Shown here in pieces: positions 29,701 through 41,100 of a stretch of DNA of 57,059 nt (position 1 is the stretch's first letter; every line of letters starts with the position of its first letter). A program made the translations under genes and the position numbers. The stretch is taken from positions 1-57,059 of the forward strand of contig DKER01000038.1 in NCBI GenBank assembly GCA_002452555.1. The letters run 5' to 3'. Below the pieces are notes generated by a model. The model searched no databases, was not told where the DNA came from, and saw only the letters and a program-made list of their open reading frames with translations. The stretch comes from Fidelibacterota bacterium UBA6817. Its GTDB lineage: Bacteria; Fidelibacterota; Fidelibacteria; Fidelibacterales; Fidelibacteraceae.

Positions 29701-29905
29701 TTATCGATAAAATCAACCTATACGTATTTGTATGCTCGATTATTGTATTTAATTGTATTATTAATAGAATGAATCCTTTTTTTGTCAAGCAATAATGTAA
29801 CCATCTGCTATAGGATTGGACTGATTATATTATGAAGAAGCCTGGCCTCGGGATGCCTGCAATCGAAATATGAAGAAATAAAAAAAATATTATAAAGGGA
29901 ATAAA

Positions 29906-30373
29906 ATGAGAGAATTAATCGATGGACAAAAAGCCCCGGATTTTATACTAAAGGATGCAGGAGGAATCCGCCATAAACTCAGTGATTATTGAGGGCATCA
30001 TATCGTTCTTTATTTTTATCCAAAAGACAATACGTCGGGCTGTACAAAACAAGCCTGCAATTTTCGTGATGACTACAGCCTGTACATAAAAAATGGAATC
30101 ATTATCCTTGGCATCAGTCCGGATTCGGAAAAATCTCATGCCGGATTTATTGAAAAACACAAACTCCCGTTTCCTCTTCTTTCTGATCCCGATAAAAAGG
30201 TGCTGGAACAGTATGGTGCGTGGGGGAAAAAAATGATGTATGGCCGGGAATATATGGGTGTAATTCGAAAAACGTATCTTATAGATAAGGATGGAATTAT
30301 TGTAAAAATATTCCCCAAAGTCAATGTTAACGGACACTCAAAAGAGATCCTTTCGTGTTTTGGTATTAGATAA
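29906..30373 (+). pseudogene. bcp: Peroxiredoxin Bcp/PrxQ with one in-frame TGA at codon 29
   Basis: Not in ORF track. [55 protein letters not shown]...GISPDS...PFPLLSDPD...RKTYLIDKDG...FGIR-TAA; 156 codons, TGA at 29990-29992. Confidence 0.85.
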
Positions 30374-30408
30374 ACGCTATATACATTTATAAATATTATA
30401 CTATAATA

Positions 30409-30437
30409 TTGACATTTGTGTTGTGGTTTAATATTAT
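30409..30437 (+). promoter_or_regulatory. Near-consensus sigma70 promoter of second ssb
   Basis: TTGACA-17 bp-TATTAT; AAAGGAGG RBS at 30461-30468. Confidence 0.7.
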
Positions 30438-30474
30438 TGGTTTGAAATCATAACAAAGTGAAAGGAGGCCTTTT

Positions 30475-30858
30475 ATGAACCGAAATTCTGCCAACAAAGT
30501 CATTCTTGTGGGCCATCTGGGCAATCAACCGGAGATGCGCTACACAACCAATGATGTCATGACCACGACTTTTAATCTTGCCACAAACACAATGTGGAAA
30601 GATGACAACGGAGATTTTCAGGAAAGAACAGACTGGCACCGCATTGTTGCATGGAGAAGTATTGCGGACTACTGTAAAAACCTGAATACGGGTCAGATGC
30701 TATATGTTGAAGGACATCTTCAGTCAAGGGAATGGACAGACAAAGAAAGCGTAAAACACTACATTACTGAAGTGGTTGCCGAAACGGTTAGCACGCTGGG
30801 AGCCAGAAAAAAAGAGGATTTGCCAGAGTTGGAAGAAGGCGAAAAAAGTCAGAGTTGA
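30475..30858 (+). CDS. ssb: Single-stranded DNA-binding protein, second short paralogue
   Basis: NKVILVGHLGNQPE, TDWHRIVAW, EGHLQSREW; lacks the DDxPF tip. Confidence 0.92.
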   Translation: MNRNSANKVILVGHLGNQPEMRYTTNDVMTTTFNLATNTMWKDDNGDFQERTDWHRIVAWRSIADYCKNLNTGQMLYVEGHLQSREWTDKESVKHYITEVVAETVSTLGARKKEDLPELEEGEKSQS

Positions 30859-32018
30859 TCTCTGTGTCGCGGTGTAACAGAATTCTGGTATGCCGCAATT
30901 TTCGGTTTCTTTTTTAAGAGTCCCGGAAAGTAGTGGTAGAGATGACGGGCAAACCAGTAATCAAGCTCTTCATTGCTTTCCGGAGCTCTGCCAAGAACAT
31001 GTTGCCAAACCTCATGGTCTTCCATACAGAAATATAAAAACAGGTCGTTGCCGCCATATTTTTGAATAGACGAAACAACACTCTTGTAAAGTTTAATTCG
31101 AAGAGATTTGAAATACCGCATTTTTCCATCTGTACCGCGTATCATTTCACTGACGGTCAATATTGTATCAGGAAAGCGGTTGAGGATTTTTTCTTTCATA
31201 TCGGATGGAAAACGAAGAGATCCCATAGATATCCATGAAATAAGAGAGGGGTCAGCTGCTTCAAAAAGTTTTGAAATGGTTTCGTCATAATCTTTTTCAC
31301 AGCCGGGGTAATCAATAATAGGATCAAAATGGAAGGCGAGTTTATATCCCGCTTTAACAGCTTTTTGCACAGCTTGAAGTCGCTGCTCCAGGGACGCTGT
31401 GCCGTGTTCTTCTGTCGAAATAATAAAGGGAGTATTAATAGACCATGCTAAAACAGTTCTACCCCCGTGTTCAAGCTCTGTTAAGGAGTCGATATGATTT
31501 GATTTTGTCTTCAACTCCAGAAGCATAGAGGGTGTTTGGGCTGCAAATCGAATCAACGGTTCAGAAAAATGCCCTTCTTCATTTAACGCTAAACTGTCTG
31601 CCAGTTCACCGGTACCCACTCTGAAAAAACGATCCGGTTCACGCTCAATCTGCTCTTTGACCTGTCCGATCATGTCTTCTGTATCAGTATGTACCGTTAG
31701 ATAGGGATTATTCAGATAATATTGAAGAATGCAATAACTGCAATTAAAGGGACAGTTCAGAGATTGATTTAGAACCCAATAATTGCAGCACAGATAATCT
31801 TTTGACGTCCCGGGACATGGGCGGAAAATACGCCCCCGACTCTTGGTCAGGAGAATTTTATTTTTAATGCCCCCCTCTATCTCTTTGTCCGGATTCACTT
31901 CTTCGAACGTTTCGGAGTCAAAATATATTTTGTTTTTGTAACGTTTTCCGAAGTTGTCAACAATTTCACCGGTACTTCTGCGGTGGATCAAGAGGGTTTT
32001 CTTATCATTTTTTATCAT
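30849..32018 (-). CDS. Spore photoproduct lyase (SPL)-like radical SAM protein
   Basis: CPFNCSYC 4Fe-4S motif followed by LQYYL; GELADSL, LELKTKS, WSIN, EHGTASLEQRL, HFDPII, DGKMRYF, YFCME. Confidence 0.85.
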   Translation of the reverse strand: MIKNDKKTLLIHRRSTGEIVDNFGKRYKNKIYFDSETFEEVNPDKEIEGGIKNKILLTKSRGRIFRPCPGTSKDYLCCNYWVLNQSLNCPFNCSYCILQYYLNNPYLTVHTDTEDMIGQVKEQIEREPDRFFRVGTGELADSLALNEEGHFSEPLIRFAAQTPSMLLELKTKSNHIDSLTELEHGGRTVLAWSINTPFIISTEEHGTASLEQRLQAVQKAVKAGYKLAFHFDPIIDYPGCEKDYDETISKLFEAADPSLISWISMGSLRFPSDMKEKILNRFPDTILTVSEMIRGTDGKMRYFKSLRIKLYKSVVSSIQKYGGNDLFLYFCMEDHEVWQHVLGRAPESNEELDYWFARHLYHYFPGLLKKKPKIAAYQNSVTPRHRDQL

Positions 32019-32953
32019 AATGTCAGACGCTCTTTTAACAAGGATCGTATTTTACTGCCGTTTTGTTCCAACCAGTTTTCTGAATCTGTTATATCAGAGT
32101 CTTTTTGGATATGAAATAATAGTTGTATCCCCGGGGCTTCACCGTCTTTATCCAATATGATCTGCACATGTTGCGGAATTTGTATTTCTTGTAAATGTTG
32201 ATTTATTTTTTTTTGATAAGAATAAATTCTCGGATATCTGTACTGGAAGAGTTTATTAAAAAATACATCAGGCTGGATGTCTACATTTTGTTGCGGCAGG
32301 AAAAGATGTATCAGGGATTCAATGGAAATGTTTTCTCTTTTTGCGGATTCTGTCAACATGACAATTGCCTGTTCCAGTTTATTTATGCCGTAATCAAGAG
32401 AAAGCAGGGGTTCAAGAATTGCCAAATTTGCCGATTGAACGATTGTTTTAACTCTGCGGCCGGGAACGCGATGCCTTGATAAAAAACTGAGCCAATTTGC
32501 AGATGCGTTTTCGAGGGAGTTATAAACGCTGGCATATTCTTTTGTTGCCGGAAGTCCTAAATCTTGTAAAATAGATACAGGGTTTATATGCTCGAATTCA
32601 CGTTTTAAAAGGTTAAATGCCGTAACTTTTTCAGAAAATGTCAGAGGTGATTGTAAATCTTGCTTAATAATAATGGATAAATGAATTTCATATGTTAATT
32701 CAAAATCCGTTAAGACAAAAGCCGGAATCAGGGAATGATTATTTGTCCTATGAATTTCCCGTATCGCATTGATTCTTGCAAAACCATCCAGTATCATCAA
32801 TGTATTTTCTTTTGCGTGAAGATAAACCGGATCCGTTATTGAACACTTTTTCATGGCTGACCGAAATCGTTCCGGGTCTGTAAATTTATGCTGATACTGA
32901 TAGCTTGTATCGTTAATGTTGATGCTGTCGAGAGGGATCATTTTATAATTCAT
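32015..32953 (-). CDS. ParB/Sulfiredoxin N-terminal-domain protein (divergent)
   Basis: MIPLDSI, SAMKKCSITDPVYL, ILDGFARINAI and LTFSEKVTAF resemble ParB boxes I/II and the following helix. Confidence 0.6.
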   Translation of the reverse strand: MNYKMIPLDSININDTSYQYQHKFTDPERFRSAMKKCSITDPVYLHAKENTLMILDGFARINAIREIHRTNNHSLIPAFVLTDFELTYEIHLSIIIKQDLQSPLTFSEKVTAFNLLKREFEHINPVSILQDLGLPATKEYASVYNSLENASANWLSFLSRHRVPGRRVKTIVQSANLAILEPLLSLDYGINKLEQAIVMLTESAKRENISIESLIHLFLPQQNVDIQPDVFFNKLFQYRYPRIYSYQKKINQHLQEIQIPQHVQIILDKDGEAPGIQLLFHIQKDSDITDSENWLEQNGSKIRSLLKERLTL

Positions 32954-33063
32954 ATTACACTCCGTTTCAAGAAATTTACAACCATTTTATTTGCCGGGTA
33001 AGGGATGTTTCGGGGAAAGAATTGAGAAAAGAAAAGATATAATGTTAAATTTACCCGCTTTGT

Positions 33064-34455
33064 TTGAAAAGGAGTTTGTCTGTTTTGACAGAAAAGAAAA
33101 AAAATATTGTTGATGACTTTGTTCAAAATCCGCACAGGGCTTTGTGGAAATTGTCTGTTCCCCTTATGTTTGGCATGGCGGTTCAAACAATTTATAGTAT
33201 TGTTGATATGATTTTTATTGGCCGGATAGGCGGGGATGCCATTGCAGCTCTAAGTTTCAACATGCCCCTATTATTCTTTGCCACAGGCATAACATTTGGA
33301 TTGGGAGCCGGGGTAACCAGCGTCATCTCCCGGTTTTTGGGATCAAAAAACAAGAATGCAGCAGATAAAACGGCAGAACACGCCGTATTTATGGGAATCT
33401 TTATGGCCGTTGTAATCACCATTATGGGATTGCTGCTGCGGTATTCGATCTTTGAGTTTCTAGGAGCGCCGCCGGATATTATTTCATTAGCTGTCGATTA
33501 CTTTTCCATAATTACAATCGGGTTTGTGTTCAATATTATGAACGTTTTTTTCCGCTCAATTCTTGCAGGTGAAGGCGATACAGTTGCGCCGATTCGTTTT
33601 TTAATAACCGGAACCATTTTAAATATTATTCTGGATCCCATTTTTATTTTTACGTTTAATCTTGGCGTGCAAGGGGCAGCACTTGCAACGATTTTAAGTC
33701 AGTTTTTGGTGATGATCCTTTTTATCAATTATCTGTTTCACCGGGAAAAATCATACATACAATTCAGATTTCGCCAGTTCAGTTTCTCTATGCCGTTATT
33801 AAAGGAAATTTTTCGAATCGGTATTCCGGCTTCCATGGCAATGTTAATAATGTCCTTGGGCGGAATGGTTTTTAATCGCCTTCTTATTTTATTTGGAAGC
33901 GAAGCCGTGGCCGCTTACGGTCTTGGCCGTAATTTGGATCAAATATTTACTCTGCCCATCATGTCAATGGCAAACGGAATTGTTACCCTTGCCGGAATGT
34001 TTTATGGCGCCGGGGAGTATGAAAAAATACGGAAAACCTGGTATTATTCGCTGTCACGAGGTTTTTATATTGCCGTTCTGTCAGGACTATTATTTTATAT
34101 TGGCGCTCCGTATATCTACAGAATATTCAGCCAGGATCCTAAAATTCTCAAAATCAGCATTCAATATACACGATTAATTGTCTTTAGCTATCCCTTTATC
34201 GTGGTTTCCATGATTTCCGGCCGGGTGTTTCAGGGGCTTGGGAAAGGCCTTCCAGGATTGTTGCTCACGTCTTTAAGGGTTGTATTGATCAGCTTGCCCT
34301 TAGCCGTCATGTTTGTTATTTATATGGAGAAACCGATAGAATTCATCTGGTATTCTCTTATGCTTTCATCCTTTTCGGCCGGGATTATAGCCCTTATCTG
34401 GCTTCATCGTAAATTAATTGCGACGGAAAAGGCTTTTAGCCGCATTGTTGTGTGA
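33064..34455 (+). CDS. MATE family efflux transporter
   Basis: LWKLSVPLMFG, YSIVDMIFIG, GEGDT, LNIILDPIFI, GVQGAALAT; about 12 TMs. True start may be TTG 33085. Confidence 0.93.
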   Translation: MKRSLSVLTEKKKNIVDDFVQNPHRALWKLSVPLMFGMAVQTIYSIVDMIFIGRIGGDAIAALSFNMPLLFFATGITFGLGAGVTSVISRFLGSKNKNAADKTAEHAVFMGIFMAVVITIMGLLLRYSIFEFLGAPPDIISLAVDYFSIITIGFVFNIMNVFFRSILAGEGDTVAPIRFLITGTILNIILDPIFIFTFNLGVQGAALATILSQFLVMILFINYLFHREKSYIQFRFRQFSFSMPLLKEIFRIGIPASMAMLIMSLGGMVFNRLLILFGSEAVAAYGLGRNLDQIFTLPIMSMANGIVTLAGMFYGAGEYEKIRKTWYYSLSRGFYIAVLSGLLFYIGAPYIYRIFSQDPKILKISIQYTRLIVFSYPFIVVSMISGRVFQGLGKGLPGLLLTSLRVVLISLPLAVMFVIYMEKPIEFIWYSLMLSSFSAGIIALIWLHRKLIATEKAFSRIVV

Positions 34456-34512
34456 TATGTTGAGTTCTATTGAAAGTCATAGTATATTTAAATTTGTTTG
34501 AGAGATAATGTG

Positions 34513-35115
34513 ATGAAAATAGTATTGGCCACACACAACAGAGACAAAATCAGGGAATTAAAAGCGGCATTCAGGGGAACGAATGCGGAACTTTTAACGT
34601 TTGATCATTTCCCTAACATGCCTGATGTTGTTGAAGACGGAGATACACTGGAAGAAAATGCTTTGAAAAAAGCAAAAGAGATCTTTCAATTTACCGGATT
34701 ACCGGCATTGGCAGATGATACAGGGCTGGAAGTCCAGGCCTTGAACGGAGCGCCGGGGGTTAAATCATCCCGCTATGCAGGCGAACGCGTAACCTATGCA
34801 CAAAACGTTAAAAAACTTCTTTCTGAAATGAAGGATATTGGCCCGGAACAAAGAAAGGCCGGATTTCGTACAGTAATGGTATATTTTGACGGAAATAACG
34901 TGTTAACGACTGAAGGCCGGGTTCAGGGAACAATTCTGAAAGAGCCTGTTGGAGAAAATGGGTTTGGTTATGATCCTGTATTCTATTATCCTCCGTTGAA
35001 AAAAACCTTTTCAGAATTGAGCCCGGATGAAAAAAATAAAATCAGTCACAGAGGAAAAGCCCTTTTAAAAATGATAAATACACTTTGTGAAAAGAATCTT
35101 ATAAAGGAGGTGTGA
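34513..35115 (+). CDS. rdgB: Non-canonical purine NTP pyrophosphatase (RdgB/HAM1)
   Basis: LATHNRDKIRE, ENALKKA, ADDTGL, GFGYDPVF, SHRGKA; likely start ATG 34513. Confidence 0.95.
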   Translation: MKIVLATHNRDKIRELKAAFRGTNAELLTFDHFPNMPDVVEDGDTLEENALKKAKEIFQFTGLPALADDTGLEVQALNGAPGVKSSRYAGERVTYAQNVKKLLSEMKDIGPEQRKAGFRTVMVYFDGNNVLTTEGRVQGTILKEPVGENGFGYDPVFYYPPLKKTFSELSPDEKNKISHRGKALLKMINTLCEKNLIKEV

Positions 35116-35164
35116 TCAGACATATTTGTTACAGTATGTAAAAAGATAAGAAACCGGTATTCGA

Positions 35165-38100
35165 ATGAGCGTGGTAAAAAAGCTGTATCTGCGGGTCCTC
35201 ATGAGTCTGATCACAACAACGATCCTTTGGGCCCAGTCATCATCTCCGGATCCTGATATACATTTCCAATATCATTGGAAGCCTGTGGGTATTATGCCGT
35301 TTATTTATTCTGAACCATCCGGTTTTGACAGACTAAAACCCGACCCTTCCCTACCTCTCCGCTTTGCCTCGCCTGTGATAATTGGCGGCCTGAGGGTTAT
35401 TCGTGAAGTTAAAGCAGACGGAACAATTATCAGTCAATATGAAACCATGAATGAAATTCCTATTAGGAAACCTGCCGTAGCTTCGTTTGATCAATATTAT
35501 CAATTAAAACGCCAGGGAAAAACAGAGGAGATCTGGCTGAAAGAAGTAGCACAAAAATTTGACCAGAAAACGGAAGGAGTTAAAGAAAGCAGTCTGGAAA
35601 TCATAGGTGCCGATATTGCCGGACAGCGAGTTTCGCTAAGGGTTAGCGGAAACATCAGTATTGAAGGCAGATTGTCACAAAGAGATCAATCCAATCAGGT
35701 TACCAGTTATCAGGAAACCAAAACAACCAGTTTTATTATGGACCAGGAGCAGAATTTCACTATTGAAGGCAGGGTTGGTGACCGGGTCAGTATAAAAGTT
35801 GACCAGGACAGTCAGCGCGATTTCAATTTTGAGAACACGCTCCGTATTCAATACACGGGAAAAGAAGATGAAATTATCCAGAGAATTGATGCCGGTAATA
35901 TCACGCTTTCTCTTCCCGGGACAAACTTTGTTAAGGGGCAGGCAAATGCTGCCGGGCTTTATGGTATTAAGGCTTTGATGAAATTCGGCCCCCTGGATGT
36001 TACTGCCATTGCATCTGTTGAAGAAGGTCAGAATAAAAAAGTCAAATGGGGCGGGGGCAGTGACAGCGAGCCGGTTATTATTCAGGATTATGAATACATG
36101 CGGAGGAAGTATTATTACGTGAGTGACGTCTACCGGCAAAACATGTATCCCCTGGACAACCAGTCCCGATTTGTCCTCCAGCGCAGAATTACACGGCTTG
36201 AACTCTATAAACAGGTTCCCCCGCAATCCGAAGGGGCTTTTATGGCTACGGCATGGGTTGATCCTAGCGATACAACGCGTTATGAAACCTGGGCTGAAAG
36301 AAATTTCTATTTTAAGCGACTCGAAGAAGGAAGCGATTTTATCCTGAATGAAAATCTGGGTTACTTTAAAATGATTACACCGGTAAACCAGGGCGATGTT
36401 CTCGCAATTGCTTACAGAGATACGGCCATTGTTCCCGGAGATCCGGTTCCCTCCTATCGTGAAGGCGATCTGGTTCCTTCCGGTTCTTCTCCCATGCATT
36501 TAAAACTGATTAAGCCCGTTAATCCTAGACCGAATCACCCTACCTGGAGTCTGGAATTTAAAAATGTCTATTATCTCGGGACTCAAAATATTGAAAAGGA
36601 AGGATTTGATCTCAAAATATACTATGACGGCGGGAATGCCGCTTTGGACCGCCATACAGACGGGAAACCGTATATTCAAATGTTTGGGTTGGATAATCGT
36701 GATGAAAATGGCGTGTTTGGTCAATTCGACGAAAAGGTCGATATTAATCCGAATTTTCTCAATCTTAGAGATGGAGAACTCATCATACCTTATATTCAGC
36801 CCTTCACATCTGAGCAAGCCCGGTGTTCTTCTGATCCGGACTGTTTCCAGGGGAAATACAACCCGAACCTGCCGGCAAATTTATCCTCTTCAGCGCTGTA
36901 TGATACAACCATGAACAACAATGCTCACGCAACTGAACATAAATTTTATATTCATGTGACATATAGTAATCGCAGTGAAGTTATTGAATTAAAAGATTTT
37001 ATGATCATTGAAGGGAGTGAGGAAATCACGGCCAACCAGGTTAAGCTGGTTCGAGGCGTGGATTATGAAATCGATTATTTCACCGGGCGGGTTGTTCTTA
37101 AAAGTAATGTTGCCCGAAATCCCAATGCAGATCTTGATATATCTTACAATTCCCGACAAGTCTTTCAGCTGGATAAAAAGATCATTGCAGGATCGCGGGC
37201 TGAGTACCGTTTTGGAGAAAAAAACCAGAACTTTCTTGGCGCAACATTGATGTATTTTAATAAATCATCCATTGATGATCAGGTTCGGGTCGGAGAAGAG
37301 CCCTACCGGAATTTTATATGGGACGTAAATGGTGAGTACCGCAGAAACATTGACTGGCTGACCCGGGCTCTGAACAAAATCCCTTTATTCAATGTAACGG
37401 GTGACAGCTATATCCATTTATCCGGAGAAATAGCCCAGATTATTCCCAATCCCAATACCATATCCAACAAAGAGACAGGTGATGTAAACGGGGTGGCAAA
37501 TATTGATGACTTTGAAGGCTCAAAGCGTGTAACCTCACTTGGTGTGGAGAGACGAGGATGGCGCATGGCCAGCCCTCCCGTGAATACAGATTTTTTGATG
37601 AAATATCCCAATAACGGATTCATGTTTTGGTACAATCCCTATAATGACATTCCAACAAACAGCATTTGGCCCAACAGAGAAGTCAGCGCAAATAAACAAA
37701 ATGACGTTACCCGCGTCCTGACACTTGTGCTGGATCCGTTTATTGAAAATGTAACCGGAGACTCTCTGATTACTCCTGAAACACCCTGGGTGCCGGAAAA
37801 CTCCTGGGGCGGGATCATGAAAGCCCTGTATTCAGGCGCCTTTGACCAGTCACAAAGCAAATTCATTGAGGTATGGGCCAAAGGAACTAAAGGGGTGTTG
37901 AAAATTGATATGGGAAAAATCACGGAGGATCTTAAAATCACGCCGGACTGGTCAACGGGAAAACCAATTCAAAACGGAAGACTGGATACAGAAGATATTC
38001 CGGAAGCCGGTTTTGATATTGGTAACGGAATTATTGATGAGGGTGAAAATATTGGCTTAAACGGACTGACAGATGAAGAAGAAATTGCGATCGGATGGGA

Positions 38101-41100
38101 TCCGGAACTGGATAATTACCATTTTGAACCGGGACGGGAACAATACAGACAAATAAACGGGACTGAAAAAAATGAAGATGAATCCGGACATATCCCGGAT
38201 TCGGAGGATATCAACGGCAACGGTCGACTGGATGTGAATAATGACTATTTCACGTATGAGCTGGATTTGGAGAATTCACCCTGGTTTGTCACGGAAACAC
38301 GTTTCACAAATTTACCGGGCAGTCCCAAAACAGGCTGGAAACTTTACAGAATTCCTCTCACTGCTGCCATAGACACGGTGAACAATCCCACGTTGACTGA
38401 AATTGAGTTTGTCAGACTTGTATATGCCGGCGTTTCCGATCAGGACACGCTTCAGATTGCATCAATCGGACTTGTCGGTAACGAATGGCAGGAAATTGGT
38501 ATTGCATCATTGCTGGATTCAACCCGTTATGAAAAAAATGATGATATTTTTTCTATTACGGTCGTAAATACAGAAGATAATCCGGAATATTACTCTCCCC
38601 GGGGTGTTCAGGGAAAGCTGGACAGGATTTATAATATTCGCTCCAAAGAACAGTCTCTTTCGCTTGAGCATTCTGAATTGCCTCCCGGACATAGAACCGC
38701 CGCACGGAAGCAATTGTATAAAAGCGAAAATTATATTCTTTATAACAGAATTAAAATGTTTATTCACGGCGACGAAAGCTTTCCTATGGATCAGAAACAG
38801 GCTCAATTCTATATGCAAATCGGGAGGATCGTTTCAACAACCGATTATTATGAAATTATTACACCGGTATATGCCGGCTGGGACGACAGAAACCATATCG
38901 ATATAGATTTTCAGGCGTTGACTCAGCTTAAGTTGTTGAATGAAAGTAATTTACCAGATACTCTTGCGTACCGGATTTCCAGTGACAGGAAAAGAAAAGA
39001 ATTTCATGTTCTGGATGAAAACAAAAATCCGACCGGTAAAATCTACAGGGTTGTGGGCGATCCGTCCCTTGCCCGAATCGATCAGTTTATTATTGGCCTT
39101 ATCAATGATTCACAAGATTATTACACCGGTGATATTTGGATTAATGAATTGCGTGTGAGTGATCCAAAGCGGGATAAAGGCCTGGCGTTCAGGGGATCCG
39201 TCAATTTAAATATGGGTTCATTCTCTACGCTCAGGATTAATTCCACATATCAGGAAGCAGAATTTCATGAAGTGGATAAAAAGAATCCGTTTGAAGGGGG
39301 AACCACAAATTTAACGGATAGAAAAAGATTTGATGTTACCTATACGCTGAACACACACACATTCCTGCCAAGGAAATGGAATGTGTCTGTGCCTGTTACC
39401 CTGCAGTTAAGCGAATCAGAAAATATTCCAAAGTATGCACCCGGTAGCGATATTCTTCTTTCCGAAATCCCGGACAGCCTTATATCCAGAACTAATCGCA
39501 AATCGGTACAAACATCTTTCTCCAAAGGTTCCACATCCGAGTTTTTTCTTACGCGCTGGACGCTGGACAGAACGTCAATGAATTTTACTGTAACAGATAA
39601 CAGCAGAAGCGACATGAATATTAAAGATTACAGCGAGCAATCATATTCAGGAAACGTTTCATACAATGCAAGGCTTCAGAAAGATAAAGGGATATCGTAT
39701 CTTGGATGGATTCCGTTTATTGGAGAAAAATTTGGAGACAGACGCTTTTACTGGAAGCCGACTCTTTTCAACTACTCCATCTCCTCAAATGAAAATGTGT
39801 CAAAAAATACACCATGGAATGGTGATATAAACAGAAATCACACCTGGCTGATAAAGCGTCAGTTTACAATGAACTATAATCCTACTGATAAAATACAATT
39901 AAAATACAATCGCACAGCTGACGCTAATTATCGTAATTATATTGCATCAAAGTGGGATGCTTTAAAAGAGTTTTCCCCCGGAGAAGTCACAAACATAACG
40001 GAAGGACTTAATGCCACATGGACACCGGAAATTACGGCATGGCTTAAACCCAGCTTCACCTACGGATCTTCATTTGCATCAAACCAGCCTTTATCGCAAG
40101 ATTACGTAAACGTGGGAAATACACGATCGATCAGCGGAAGTTTGAATTTGAATCTGAGAACCATTTTTACACAGAAGAAAAGCGGTTCGAAAGCACCGGC
40201 CACAACACCCGCCCGTCAAACCGGTCGTCCCCCGTCTGCTACAGCCCGCCAATCACAGGATAAGCCGGAGGAAAAGAAAGCGTTTTCATTTAAAAATCTC
40301 TTTATGACCGGTATTAACAATCTGTCACCGATTTCTCTCAGAGCTTCTGAAACCAGAAAAATTAATCACAGCGGATTGATACTCAGCGATTCAACCGGCC
40401 AGGAACGGGTAAACTGGGCTTACCGGTATGGTTTCTCTGATACTCCGGGAGATTCCTTTGCCGTCGATCAGGTAAGTGCGAATTATCGCGGATTAAATAT
40501 TACACGAAACTTCAGTGTTCAAAGCGGGTATCAGCTAACGAAACGGATCTCTACGTCTTTTGATTATTCCTTATCCAACACGACGAATGAATCGGGCGTA
40601 AATTTGACGGAAACGTTTACACAAAATTATTTTCCGTCCGGAGATACGGGGAAAAACGGCTTTGTTCTCCCCGGCTGGTCTGTCAAGTGGACGGGACTGA
40701 ATACAATTAAATATTTAAATAAATACACAAGCAATGTGACATTAGAGCATCGGTACGCCGGCAAACAAATGGTTCAGTATCGGAACGGTGAAGAGTTAAA
40801 TTCGACGTATACCCATGATTATCAACCGCTTATAGGTTTAACGGTTGCATTTAAAAATGGACTTCGTACGAATATGCGATATATACGAAAACTGGAAATA
40901 CGAAACACAGATGCCGATACAAAAAAGAATTATACGGATAATGCAACATTGACAATGAATTACAACCATAAGGGGGGGCTGTCCATCCCTCTACCCTTCA
41001 TGGATAAACTCAATCTTGAGAATTCCATGGACTTTTCAATGACCTTTACGTTCAGCAATCAGAAAGGACTGCAGCGACGCGGCGATGTAGTAGAGTTTGC

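Noticed and set aside
29760-29788. Antisense promoter firing into the dnaA 3' end
   Set aside because: TTGACA is present on the minus strand, but no well-spaced consensus -10 exists in this AT-rich tract.
29990-29992. Selenocysteine or genome-wide TGA recoding in bcp
   Set aside because: The TGA is at an Arg/Lys-type position, not the peroxidatic Cys, and I see no clear SECIS hairpin after it. TGA is a normal stop for rpmH, gyrA, gyrB and sprA, and Trp is encoded by TGG.
29948-30337. 129-aa and 62-aa minus-strand ORFs in the track
   Set aside because: Antisense shadows of the interrupted bcp on the plus strand.
30849-32018. Calling this splB and inferring sporulation
   Set aside because: The host has outer-membrane machinery, and the protein appears to lack the SPL H-donor Cys; only family-level similarity is supported.
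32015-32953. Calling this the chromosomal ParB that binds the two parS sites
   Set aside because: The Arg patch is degenerate, there is no adjacent parA and no clear parS-binding HTH; it is coupled to the radical SAM gene instead.
35675-36817. Long antisense ORFs (274 aa and 105 aa) inside sprA
   Set aside because: No recognisable motifs; typical reverse-frame shadows of a long coding gene.
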